Shown here: positions 11,562-38,145 of the stretch, piece by piece
Layout: each line of letters starts with the position of its first letter
How positions within the stretch are numbered: position 1 is the first letter of the stretch
Position numbers and translations under genes: made by a program
From: Paragordius varius
Taxonomy: Eukaryota; Animalia; Nematomorpha
Reading direction: 5' to 3'
DNA length: 64,000 bases
Assembly (NCBI GenBank): GCA_964247055.1
Contig: OZ176051.1
Location: 5,022,001-5,086,000, forward strand
The notes under the pieces: generated by a model
The model's database searches: none
What the model saw: the letters and a program-made list of their open reading frames with translations, nothing else
What the model was told of the DNA's origin: nothing

Positions 11562-12629
11562 ATTTTTAATACTTTGGCTCTTAGCTTGTTTAGTATCTTA
11601 TTTAATGCCTGGAATTTGTTGTCCTTTGAATATTTAAACATATGTACACGAGGAATGATTGTTATTTTTGAATTAAATACAAATTTAAAAATTAAATTTT
11701 GGAAAAATCCTATTGGTGGCCTCAATTTTCTTTTTTGTTTGGGCCTTTCCATGCCATTAGGTATCAGAAAATGCAAAAATAATGGGGTGGTGCAAAACCT
11801 TGTTGAGCAGTGTAATTTATATTTCCTAATACATTATATTTTTATCCATTTTAACACTTCATTTCTCAAAAAAATTTAAATATCCTAATAAATATATATA
11901 TTATTAAGCCGAATTTAACACTATGACCTTTTAAAGTAGTTAACGCAGAGCGAAATTTGAATATCTTAATAAGTATTTAAGGTTTTAAGCCAAATTTTAA
12001 AATATGCTTCTTTAATCATTTAGAATTATAAAAAAGTATTGTAAAAATCTTACTTCTAACGCAGAAATGATTTTTCAAATGGCTAATGAAAAACACAAAT
12101 AACTATATTATGGTTAAAAAATGTAAATAATTAATTTAAAAAGCTTCAGACTACATTTTACCGGCAAAAACTTGATATATATTGATTAATATCAGCTGGT
12201 CCTTTCAATTGTGTTTAGACTGTCCAATTTTGAACTCTAGAAGCCATGAAACTGTAAAATAAGCTTTTTAATTAATACATGAGAACAAAGTTTGATAATT
12301 AAATTTTAGTTTATTTACAAAAGTCATTTCTGTGATATAAAATAAAAGGTAAACTAGTGCGAAAAGGTTGAAGTTTTAACGCGTTAAATTTTTTTCAAGA
12401 TATTTAATTATTACTTTGAGATATAAAACTACCCCAAAAGGTAATGGAGTGATAATTTTTAAATGGCTACTCCTAAAGGCAAATAAATATTTATGGTTAG
12501 AAAATGTAAAATTAAACTTACTGGTTCCATTTTACTAGCAAAAACCAAATATGGATATAAAATCAGCTGTTTGATAATATGTGTTTAATTTAGACTAAAA
12601 GTCAGAAAGCAAAAATATAAGGTTTTTAG

Positions 12630-13127
12630 CATTTGGAAACAACGCATTCATTTCAGTCCTTCGATTTAATTTGAGGTAGTCAGATACCCTAGGCCTGTTA
12701 ATAATAATTAAATACTTTAAAAATTGTGGCATGAATTAAAACCATGGCATAATTACTTATAAAACATTAATAAACCGAAATAAAAATACTATATATTACC
12801 TAATTTTAGGTGAAACCCAAAGGTAAAAATTTATTCAACATGATATGTGTGCATTAACTAAATTTAAAAATAATATAAAATATCTCTTTTTCTGTGTATA
12901 TCAATTTTAGATGAAGTTAAATAGAAAATTAGGTTTATTTTAGCTTAAAAACAAATAAGCCCGATATTTTGTAAAAATATACTAAATAATAATGGTGTCA
13001 AAGTAGTTTCATATGGAACTATTTATCAAAACTTTATTTATCTCGGCCTATTTATATACCGTTTCATTCATTGGCTTTTAAAATTAAAATATAATGGGGG
13101 ATTTAAATACCCCAATTTAAATAAATG
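12630..13127 (+). mobile_element. piggyBac-like MITE family A, copy 3
   Basis: Colinear with 5931-6461. Right flank TTAA (13128-13131), left flank ttag. Confidence 0.7.
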
Positions 13128-13339
13128 TTAATCTAATAAGGATAACAATGTTTTATTAGATTTTAACCAAAATAACTTTCAAAACTGTATTAAGTTTACA
13201 TAAGTGAGCTTTAGGATAAGAAATATATATATATATATAATATACAAAATAAGCCCTTATTAAATATAATATTTATTAAATTTACTTAAATATTCTTAAA
13301 ATATCTCTTAAATATTTTACCATATGTAAAATTGACATT

Positions 13340-26746
<13,407 letters not shown>

Positions 26747-27306
26747 GGATAGATTGTATCATACTCTTATTTATACATCATAATTAAACGGAATTAATAC
26801 TCAATTCAATTGGTGTTGTTATTATGTGCACATCAGGATTTTAATTTAAAAAAATGCTAAATTATTTTTCCATTTGTATGATTATATTATTTGCTATTCG
26901 CATACATATATTTGATATTTTATAATAAATAAGCAACTAGTCATAAAATTGTTTTTTTTTCAATGCTATGGTTCACCTAATATAAATTTATGTTTTAAGT
27001 TAATTTTGCGATATAGGGGTAAAGTATATTTGAATAATTTTTATCCATTATTGAATCACTTATTTTATAACTATCCAAAAATATATATTTTACAATTTTC
27101 TTTTTAAATACTTTGTTTCTGTTTAATGGTTTATTTTCTAACAAATCTCTCTTTTTTATACAGGTAAGGGGGACTGCCTATTTTTTATCAGAAATCACAA
27201 AGTTTTGAACACTAGCCCAACTGGGGCTATTATGCGATATAATTCCACAATTAAATTAAATTGTACCATGCGTGAACACCAACAATATTTCTCTAATTAA
27301 GATATT

Positions 27307-27585
27307 ACAGTAATAATTAAATTTATACGGACATAACGTAAAAGTATAAAGAGAAATATTTAAAGACAACTGTATTTTCTTAAATATTTAATGTATAAAT
27401 AATTATTTAAAATGCAAATTTTAAGAGATATGTATTAGTTAAACAATCAATTATATATTTTATAATTGGAAATAAATAATTTAGATTGGAAAAATTTAAA
27501 TTTGTAAAAAATATGGTTGTCTTTTGGAAAAAAATTTTGTCTTATATTATTAATTTTTGTCCATATAATGGCAATTTATAATTTT
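27307..27585. mobile_element. MITE family B, copy 2
   Basis: Arms tacagtaataattaaatttatacggac...aaagacaactgta / tatggttgtctttt...tttgtccatataa. Confidence 0.5.
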
Positions 27586-27874
27586 TAAAGGGGAATGTTA
27601 TTCTTGTTTTTAGAATCAGGACACGGCAAATATTTGATATAACCCTATTTTAAGGCCTTAAGCTGGTTTCATCATAGCCAGTGTATTTTGCTGCAAAATG
27701 GTCAAATTACTCGGTTTTCAAAATTTTCGCATCCATATTCTCAAACATATATTATAATAAATGAAAAGAAAATCAAAAATTAGCTATTGTCCCCATAATA
27801 TTGATTAGTTAGGTATCTTTCAATCGAATTAATCTATTTTATAATAGTAATTTTTCTGTGTGTGTGTAATCACA

Positions 27875-30800
27875 TTAGGCCATACAATCAGCTAATTGGA
27901 AGCTTAATGTATGAACATTTAATGAATCAAATCCCGAAGGAATATTCCAAACTTCGGTATTAATGGCCAAAATGAATGCGTTTGGAGTTTGAGTGACAGT
28001 TCCATTCCCATACGTATTTTCAATCGAAAATTCTCTTTGTGAAATTCCGACCTAAAAAATTAGAATAAAACTAAAAATAATGAAATTAAAACATTTTAAC
28101 CATACATTTATGATTAGTTTTAAAAACTAAAAACTACACAAATAAAACATTTTAACAATACATTCATGATCAGTTTTAATTAAATATGTTAGGAAATATA
28201 AAACACTAGATATACCAATTTAAACCATAAATGTCCATTTTAAAAAATCCTTTATAATTTTTAATCGTCAACTTTAAAATGTTTATAATGTGCTCGGTTC
28301 GGCGCAGTTTGAGGCTAAGAGGTATAAAACAAACCATGCCCGCTTTGCATAAAAATCTTTGCCAACCCGAAATATATCTTAAATATTTATTCATACCTGC
28401 TCAATAACAGATTAAATTGGAGGTGATATAAATGTAAAATAATATTTTAAAAGACGTTTAGTTGAAAATTGCTTTAACTGACCGGGGGTAGTTTTATAAA
28501 CTGTTCGAATATCTTAAAAAATATTTGAGGTATTAAACCGAATTTAATATCCTTGTTTTAGCCTTTTAGGCGCATCATTAACTTTTTTTAAAAAAATGTA
28601 AAATTGAAAAAAATCCCCATCTCAAACCTTTTCGCCTCCATTTTTTTCTTTAAATTTTTATATCTGGCTAAACAATAGGCAAATTTATGTATATTAGGTT
28701 TAGAATATCTTGGATAAATTAAGTAAGCTTTCAAGTTGCATTTTACCAGCAAATAATTTATATTGAAATCAACTGTTTAGTTCATTTGTGATTTGCAGCT
28801 GTCTAATTTATATTCTAATACAAGATTTTTAAATACAGAAGTACATTGATAATTAAATTTTAACTTAAAGAACTCAAAACAATAGCTCCAAGACTGATCT
28901 CAGGGATAATACCTCAATATGTCATCGCGCACTAAAAAGTGAAAGGGTCATGAAGTGTTAAAAATCGTCCAAAAATATATAAGACATTCAAAACGCACTA
29001 TAGTATAATTGTTTGTGGTTCAATATAAGTGCCTAAATGTAGATCTGCAGGGCGAATTCAATTTTTTGAATTGTCCAAGTCGAGTCGATGATTAAAGAGG
29101 TATTTATTCGAGCATTTGATATTGTATTGATTACATAATGTAGGTTTTATATAAGTCATAATGATTGAAATAAAATTAAAAAGGAAATAAAATAAAAATA
29201 CCAATTTTTTTTAACATTTTTTGGGAAACAAATTTATTTTTAGTTATCTAATCTACGGTTTAATCGGCACGCCAACAGCTAAAATCGCTCTTAACATCGA
29301 TTAAATGTTTGCAATCGCGCAACTTGATGACTTAAAATGGTAACACACTGAACCGCGGCTTTTAAAATTTTTACTATCAAATAAAATATTATTCGCTATG
29401 TTGAAAAATATACCAATTGTTTATCGTGATAAGTGCAATTCAACTCAAGATATGGTAAAATGCTCGCAAACGAAGCATTCTTTTCGCCTTCGGCTACATT
29501 AGCGGGGATTTGAAGGTAACACAAAGTAGGCTCATATGAAATAGAATCAGGAATTGCATCAAGACTCAACTATAATTGTTGATAATGAATTAAATTTTTG
29601 TTAAAAATATTTATCTTAAAACTGTTTTTATCTCCAAATATTGGTATTTTCTCACATAGATATTAACTTACACGTGATTGTATGATAGGGCCCGAGATTT
29701 TATAATTCTTTGCAAACCAAATTATCTGCAGAAGAATATTTCCAGCATTTGTAATTTTCGTATTTGTTTTCAATTCTTTCACAGCATTCCAAAAAATTTG
29801 ACCCTTTTCATTGCGTTTCAAATCGACATCTCCGCTATTTATCAATCAGATTTAAAAAAATTATGTCATATTAAAAAATGTTTAAAACACTAGAAAAGTA
29901 TAGGAAAACTTTGGATTTTTATTGCAATGAATTGGATTATATAGTTTAAATTAATATATCAATATTTTCAAAGTATTAAAAATTGCATTATTTATTGCAG
30001 GGTGATTTTTCAGATATCTAACGCTTAAATAATTTAATGATAACAAACATTTCAAGCAAATATCAAGATTGATTCAAAATATATTTACTACATAGCTAAT
30101 ATAACTCGCCATATTATATATTTACTACTACACCCTTATTACGTAATACCAGATATACCATTTACACTTCAAGAGTGTCCTTGAACAATTCAAGTTGGTC
30201 CTTGAACAATTCAAGTTGGTCCTTGAACAGTTCAAGTTGGTCCTTGAACAATTCAAGTTGGTCCTTGAACAGTTCAAGTTGGTCCTTGAACAATTCAAGT
30301 TGGTCCTTGAACAGTTCAAGTTGGTCCTTGAACAATTCAAGTTGGTCCTTGAACAATTCAAGTTGGTCCTTTAACTTTTTTGTTTTGTTTTTAACTTTTA
30401 TCAATCAAATCGAAAATAATTCGTCTATTTTATTGTTTTAACCTATTTTCTATTATTTAACATAAATTTTAAATCGATATCAACTTTTAATCTTTGAAAA
30501 ACCGTATATATTTATTAATTTCTTAAAATAAATTTAGATATTTATAAGATTTTAACACGAAATGAAAAAATATATAAGTTTTCTGGGTTATTAATTAAAA
30601 TTTTTCATTAAAAACATTTAAAAGTCAATAATTTTGTTCAATTGAAAAAAAAATAGTTTTAAACAAAAAAAGTGGTTTTTCAATAAACATTTTATTTTTA
30701 AATGAATAAATATATAATAAATAAAGAAAATTAGGTTAATAAATAATTAAATAAAAAAATAAATGCAAAAATTATGGTTAAATCAAAATTTATAAATTTT

Positions 30801-33800
30801 AAGGACCAACTTGAACTGTTCAAGGACCAACTTGAATTGTTCAAGGACCAACTTGAATTGTTCAAGGACCAACTTGAATTGTTCAAGGACCTACTTGAAC
30901 TGTTCAAGGACCAACTTGAATTGTTCAAGGACACTCTTGAAGTGTAAATGGTATAACATAGAAAAACGCCTTTTACAGCGAAGCACAAAAGATCTAGTTC
31001 TAGTATTTGTGTTAAATATAAGTTTGTGCATTAAATTATTTTTGATTAAATTTATGTTAATATAAGTGTAAATAATAATCTAAAAAAATATATTTGATAT
31101 ACAAAGCTAGATTTTTTACCTGAGAACACTATTGTCCAACAATTGATGAAGCTGATAACTTCCAGATTTTTTAACAATTTTGCAAATGTTAACTAATATC
31201 ACATTTATTTGAATAATATATAAAGTTTCCAAATAAATAAGAATATATAAAAATGTGTTTTACCATTGGATTGCCCAGTTTTGCATGAACGTTCTAATAA
31301 ATTAAATAATTTTTTTGAAAACCAATTCACAATTTCGAATTTGAGTGTATCAAATATCGGAAAAATGTTCTAAATTAATTAAAGATAACTTAACTGAAAT
31401 TGCTTTAAATATATAATTTACGTAAGTAATTGCAGTTGCGGCCTAGTTTATATCTTAGGGTGTGTCGGGTCCCTTTTACATTGGTATCAAGGGGTGATTG
31501 TTTGATCGACATGACTTTATAAATAAAAGCATAAATTTTGGAATCCTTCATCAGGAGAGTGTTTGTTTTCAAATCGGTCACTTCAATTTCAACTCCATAG
31601 TTCGTTTGATAAACTAACAACTGTCGCGTTTTAAATTAATTAATTAATTAATTGAGGTGTACATATGAAATTTTATGTGTGACAATTAAAATATGGATAA
31701 TAACTGTATACAACTTTTATGATTAGTGTGCCGAATTATATACAGCATGAGTAAAAAGATTATAATTATTAAACATTTCCAGAAAAATGATATTGGTTTA
31801 AAGTTGGTGCACGGGAATAAGAACCGTATTTTTAGCTTTTTTGTGCTTTGGGCCAATAATTATCTTTGGGGAAAATAAAAAACTAGATTAATTATTTTTC
31901 GCTAATCTTCATTACATTTTCTTAGCAAACAACTCCTATTAACAGAGTATAGATTAGAGGAAAATTTTAATATTACGCTAAAAACTTAATTTATAATATG
32001 TAAAAATTGAAATTTTATGGACAAAATGTAAAAATATGAAAACAAATATTTTTTTCTAAAAGACAACCATATTTTTAAAACTTGATTTTTTATAAATATA
32101 ACTCATTGTTTTTAACAATGTGTGATATATAAATGTCAATTGGTAAAACAATTAATTGTGTTTTCACGATTGTAATTAAATTTTTTATATAACAAAAATT
32201 AAGGTTATATATAAAAAGTATGGTTGTTTTGTGAAAAAAATCGTCTTTATATTTTTACGTTTTTTCCGTATAATTTCAGTTTATACTGTAAGTATTACCC
32301 TGATTATTTTACATCGCATACTAAAAATCATGAAAAAACTATTTATGTGGTTAACAAGGGTGTCCAATTCAAATAGCTTCATGGGTCGCATTTTCGACTT
32401 AAAAATCTCGGCAGGCCTGCATACACAAATAACACTATAAACATAAAACTATGTTTAGGAAACAGTAAAAATTGAAATTAAATGAACAAAACATAAATAT
32501 AAAGACATTTTTTTCAGAGGACAATTATTTTAACCTTCTAAAAAATATTTTACAATCATAAAATACATAATTGATTGTCTTAGCAAATTATATTATATCT
32601 ATTTCATATTTTGCAATTCAAAACAATCGTTATTTTTTTAAAAACAATAAGATTTTAAAAATATGGTTGTTTTTTGGAAAAAAAAATTTTTTTATTTATA
32701 TCTTTATGTTTTGTCCGTATAATTTTAATTTTAAAGTAGTTAATAAATATTAACTACTTTTATGCTGAAATTTGGAAATGTTTTTGAATTTTAATTCTAA
32801 CACTCGCATATTTTAACCAATAAACACAAGCTGGTTATCTTAACGGGTTTGGTCCAAGTATGTGAATTTAAATCATGAAAAAAGCCCATTTTTTTTGGTT
32901 ATAAAACAATGACCCGTAGAATACATAAAAGACAAAAATGTGTTAATGTTTAATGGTATATCTTTTTTATGCCAAAAAATTATTTGCTTATTTAATTTTA
33001 CGGCAATACATATTTGCTTTAAAAATATCTCAATAACGATTCAAAAAAGTTAATATACCGATTTTCCAACAGTGGTCATATTGATGCATTCATTTTTTTG
33101 ACCCCTTGTCATAAAACACACTACGGTAGGGTTTGGATTATCTACGCTAGAAACAACCAACTAAAAAATAAAAATATAACCCACATATAAAATATATATA
33201 TAATTCTTTAAAAATGAATTTCAGCCCCCAAGTAATTTTTCGAAAAACGGTACTGATTATATTGTTTTTGGGGATAAATTCCCAATAAATATATGTATTA
33301 TAGCCAAATATTTCAAAAAAATGAATTGGTAAAAAATTTATAATACAGTATGCATTTTAATGGTTGCTTATTTCACAGTCAACACAGCAAGGTATGGAAA
33401 AAAGAAAGGAAATAATTATTTATTCAACATTTTGTTGTTTTTTCCATACACTGCTTGCTGTGTTGCAAATTTCCCTACTATAGTGTGAAATAAGCAACCA
33501 TTAAAAAGCATACTGTATATGATTTTATTTTAAAATTAAAAAATACTTTTAATATATTTATAATTGGCAAACAAAAAAGAAAAAAATAGAAATCAATAAT
33601 TTTGGATAGTTATATTAAATGTATGGTCCGGTCAGTTCTATTATGATTTATGGCCGTGACTACATATGTGAACATCATATACGATCGCCTGAAATTAAAG
33701 TGCAAATAAATTATAGATGTATATATATTTTCCAGTTTGGATAATATTTTAGATTTATCTATAACAGTGAATTATTTCGTTTTGGATTTGATAGAGCATT

Positions 33801-35360
33801 TCAAGTTTATGCATTTTTTATAAATAACATGTATTATTTAAAATAAAGTGTGGTGTTTGTGCAATTTTGTTAAACAATATTTTTAACAAACGGCCTGTTG
33901 AGGCACAATTAGGCGGTAAAACCTCTCTAGAAATGCTAATAAAATATATTTCAAATTCATATTTTTATTGTTAAATATATTGTTAAACTTTTCCATAAAT
34001 TTCATAAAATACGCTAATAACCCATGAGCTAATCCATAAACCCCACTAAAATATACAGACATGTATTATACATTTGTATTACCATTTGCACTTCAAGAGT
34101 GTCTTTGCACTCTTCAAGTTGATCCTTTAACATTTCAAGTTGGTCCTTGAACACTTCAAGTTGGTCCTGGAACATATCAAGTTAATCCTTTAACATTTTT
34201 CGTATTGTTAACTTTTATCAATCAAATTGTGTTTCATTCAAACAATTTTAAACATATACTTTAAAAATATCAAGTTTTAATCATTCAATATATCTTTAGT
34301 ATCTTATTAAATATTTTCATATTAATAAAATTTTTACACGTTAATCAAATTTGTTTAATGAATTATTTACAATTTTATGTTAAAACATTTATAAGTTAAT
34401 ATTGTTAAAATGGAAAAAATTAGTTTGAAATAAAAAAGTAATTTTCGTTTAAATCTGTTTTTTAATGAATAATAAAAAAAATAGGTTAAAAAACAATAAA
34501 ACAAAAAAATACAAAAATTATGATCAAATCTAAATTAAAATTTTAAGGACCAATTTGAACTGTTCAAGGACCAAAGTGTTCAAGGACATTGAAGTGAAAA
34601 TGGTATAGTATATGGTAGTATAAATCACATATCGGAATATTATTTTTATCAACTTTCAAAACTTTCTTTAACCCTATGATATGGCAGAGTATGATTTTGC
34701 ATAAATAAAAATTTAAATTTAAAGCAGCAATATAAATACATCACTATCAAAATCGATTTGGTCGATCTCTCTTCGATTTTTTATGCATTTTTCATGATTG
34801 ACCCAACGAATAGCATCAATTTTAGCATGTTCCACGCGATAAAGATCAAACAGCATCTTGTTTTCCATACGTGCTTCAGGGCTAACAAATATTTCTGGTG
34901 CTTGAACATGCCAATATACACCCGTTTTGTTGCGGTTCATTGTGAATATAGTAGGTACACTACAAAAATAAATGTTTATTAATATATTTCATTTTACTAA
35001 CATCATTGTTCATTATATAATTTCCCTGAAATTATATATTCAGATTCATTTCTCTAGTGTCTAAAACAAGGGTACCCTAAACTAGATTTGGGCTCCATTC
35101 GAAACATATATGGGCGTTTGAAATTTATAACCATGCAAAAAATTACTAACATAATATAAATAATATTTATTTCACCAATTTTGGCCAGTTCGTTGCCAAA
35201 ACTAAAACTTATTCAAAAAATTTGTTTAAAAAATATAATTCTAAAATTATGTTTTATAAATAGCATAGCAAACTATGTATGTAATTATTTGGTATAATTT
35301 AATGCGGACCTATCAAAGGGCCGCAGGCGTCTTGATAATAATATAATCAATTTCCCGAAA
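27875..35360 (-). CDS. Unidentified multi-exon protein (more than 400 aa), 5' end unresolved
   Basis: Phase-consistent GT-AG chain 34740-34959, 33059-33160, 31422-31620, 31264-31293, 31120-31192, 29672-29834, 29414-29569, (28999-29032, 28913-28931, 28335-28377), 27875-28051. The bracketed small exons are less certain. A hydrophobic upstream exon probably ends at 35310. No family recognised. Confidence 0.7.
30158..30951. mobile_element. Foldback-type element (family C), copy 1: arms made of 21-bp tandem repeats, TA flanks
   Basis: TA|CCATTTACACTTCAAGAGTGTCC... and ...GGACACTCTTGAAGTGTAAATGG|TA. Nine units of TTGAACA(A/G)TTCAAGTTGGTCC on the left (30181-30369) and about six reverse-complement units on the right (30801-30927). 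Confidence 0.85.
31995..32292. mobile_element. MITE family B, copy 3
   Basis: Arms gtaaaaattgaaattttatggacaaaatg...aaaagacaaccata / tatggttgttttg...tttccgtataatttcagtttatactgta. Confidence 0.55.
32355..32745 (+). mobile_element. hAT-like left end followed by MITE family B copy 4 (32463-32745)
   Basis: caagggtgtccaa...gggtcgca resembles the 36407 element end. Family B arms follow. No right hAT end was seen. Confidence 0.45.
33346..33515. mobile_element. 170-bp Tc1/mariner-type MITE
   Basis: TA|CAGTATGCATTTTAATGGTTGCTTATTTCACA ... TGTGAAATAAGCAACCATTAAAAAGCATACTG|TA. Inner segments caacacagcaag/cttgctgtgttg and gtatggaaaaa/tttttccatac also pair. Confidence 0.8.
34082..34603. mobile_element. 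Foldback family C, copy 2
   Basis: TA|CCATTTGCACTTCAAGAGTGTC...GAAGTGAAAATGG|TA. Degenerate 21-bp units. Interior colinear with copy 1. Confidence 0.8.
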
Positions 35361-36406
35361 AATATTATGAAAGATTTCTCCTGCCAATAGTCCACGATAA
35401 TAAAAATAATATTAAATAAGGTATTATTTACCGTTATTTGTTAAAGGTAGTATCTATAAAATAGTGCTATAGCCTTTTCGTAATTCAAACTCTGACATAC
35501 TCATAGGCATAATGTAATTCTTACCCTTTAATCGATTTATATTTTTTATTACAATTAAATTAATTAATGAGAAAAATTTAAAATTTAGCAAAATTAGATA
35601 AAAACGCAAAAACCAAGCCTATAATTTTTATAAAAAAGTCAATAGTTTTATTAATATCCGCTTTTGGCGCTAATGCATGACCGTAACTATAACGCTTTTA
35701 AAAATAATCAGACAATTTAAAACATCTGTTTATACGCATGTAAAAAAATTTAGAATTTAAGTTTTAATTTTTTTTATTTTTTATTTATATTGAAAGATGG
35801 TATAGTAATAAGTGGACTCGTACACTACGGGCATGAGTAAAGTACACCCCAAAGATTTTTAATCTTCACTGTTGGTCCTAAATAGGCGAAGCTTCTCGGG
35901 GCCAGTTATAAAATAATATATTTAATCTTGAAAGGGAACGGACGACTTTAAACATAATTTTATCATTAAAATATATTTAATCTTTTTAAAAAAACAAACT
36001 TAGAATACAACTTCTTTTATATTAAACGGACGTATTAGGATTCGCAGGTCAAAAATCAACTAAGTATGACAAAACTATGTATGCTCTTTGAAAAGGTGAT
36101 TATTTATTTTTTAATGTTTAATCATTTTTAAAAGCTGTCTTACTTTTTAATAATTTAAAAGCAAAATGATAAAAAGAATTGCTTTTTTCATTGGATACAG
36201 TGATTGCCGAACTTTGTTTAAGTAAAAAATATAGCTAATATATCACATTCGTCCCTTTTTACCCCTTAAACGTTTTTATAATTTATATGTGCTCTAACAA
36301 AACATTATGTCAATATTTGGGTAGTGAATGAATAATTGATGACTTGTATTATATTGAATGTAAAAATTGGCCTTTGTTTTAAATGATGTAACTCAAATAT
36401 TTAAAC

Positions 36407-36619
36407 CAGGGATGTCCAAGACAAATGACTTCGGGCCGCATTTGATATATATTTATACTTAAATTTAAAGGTATTACAGTTTTTTCTAGTACGTTACCTG
36501 TTGGATATACTTATTGAGAAAATTTGTTTAAGAAATATAAATTTTACGAAGATTTTGTTCCCATTTTTTGCAAACCATGGATTTACAAATTTTTTGCGGG
36601 CGTCTCATGGACACCCCTG
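36407..36619. mobile_element. 213-bp hAT-type MITE
   Basis: TIR cagggatgtcca / tggacacccctg (11 of 12 match). Flanking 8-mers atttaaac / ctttaaac (7 of 8 match, TSD-like). Internal gggccgca. Confidence 0.75.
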
Positions 36620-37940
36620 CTTTAAACGATAATGGATGGCAATTTAAGTTTTAAAAATATAAAACAATGATTTTAATATGACATGAAAAAGGTTATAATA
36701 CCTTTGCATAAAATTAGGTTTTTCCACATATTCGCCAAACACTTGCTCAAACGTATAATTTTTTAGCTCCTCCGATTTAATAAAGCTGCATCCATATTTA
36801 GCTAAATATATTAATTGTGCATGATTATTTTATTATAAAAATTAACATTTAAATACTTTTTGTAAATAATTATAATTTCAATCACGACAATGTGATATGG
36901 TAAATTTCGGGGGTCAAAATGCATCACAAATGATAACATAAAAAGTTATATTATTTTAAAAATCAAATTTCAATGAAAATAAATCGGTATCACAGAATAT
37001 TTATATTTCGATTAAATATTTTTTTTTCGATTTAAAATCAGGATTCCGCCATATCTTAAATAAATAAAGAGCCATACCCCTTTTCTGCCCAGATTGAGAT
37101 TTGCAATGACAAAATAATCCAATTAAAATCACAGAGGCAAAAATTTTCATTGGGGGTTTTTAAGTGCAAAAAAGACAAAATAAATGCTTTAAATTTGCAA
37201 AGTGAAAATAGATTAAAATAGAAATTTGTAAATATTTGCTTAAAACAGGTCTGTATATGTGACACAAAACTGGTTGTCATGTTTGACAATTGTTATATAT
37301 AATACTTAAGGGGTTAGTTCTTATTGACTTAAATTACAAATGAGTATTAATTAACCAGCCTATGATACTTTATAGCCAAAAAATATACTCTGTATTTTGT
37401 CTCTAAACCCAAAAAATAAAAATATTCAATATTGTAAATATACATTAACGATTATATCTGATTCATCTGAAGTAAAACAGTTTATGTTTTACTACATAAA
37501 ATAAGCTTTGGCTTGGATCATTAAAGATTTACAAAAATATAGAGTAAATAGAAAATTATTGTATAAAAATGGTGAAACTCAAATAAATGTTTTGTAAATC
37601 AAGTATGACACCAAAGGGTTTATAATTAATTTTAGAGTAAGCCACACTATTTATCGGGCTATTTTTGTCCACATACATCATGCCATATAAATTTAAAATT
37701 AAATATATTATTTATTGTGTAAAATATTTGCAATATAACCATGTATAATAAAAATAATAATTATAAATTATTCAAAAGGAAACACCAGAGATACAAACCA
37801 TCTATGTATATGTGAAATACACAGTTATCAAGTGCAAAAAAAGTTTTGTGTGCAGTGTAAAAATGTATAAGGATCATTCATGTACAATTTGATATATTTG
37901 TTGGCTATATGCAAAAATTATTGATAAAATATGAAGTTGT

Positions 37941-37979
<39 letters not shown>

Positions 37980-38145
37980 TTATTAAAAATTAACTAATCA
38001 AATTTATGTTAGTAACAGCAGTAAAATAATAATTATAAGTGGTCTAAAGAAAAAACTTGTACATATTGTAATGTAAAATGCCGCATATATAAAACTACCA
38101 TGATTAAGCAAAAAAACGGGGGGGGGGACAACAAATTTTTTTTGT

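Noticed and set aside
12070-12630. Degenerate duplication of about 385 bp upstream of DPP8/9, with a similar stretch near 28740
   Set aside because: The similarity is too weak to define boundaries or a family by eye.
27875-28051. Terminal exon initially suspected to be the alpha-adaptin C-terminus
   Set aside because: AP2A ends properly at 38146 (MYRLTVR...CLF*). This exon belongs to the separate unidentified gene.
30128-31065. 21-bp arrays as a CRISPR array, or as repeat proteins (NCSRTNL)n, (KDQLELF)n and (SWSLNNS)n in the ORF track
   Set aside because: There are no unique spacers and no cas genes. The arrays are the inverted arms of an intronic element, and the ORFs arise only because 21 is a multiple of 3 and the unit lacks stops.
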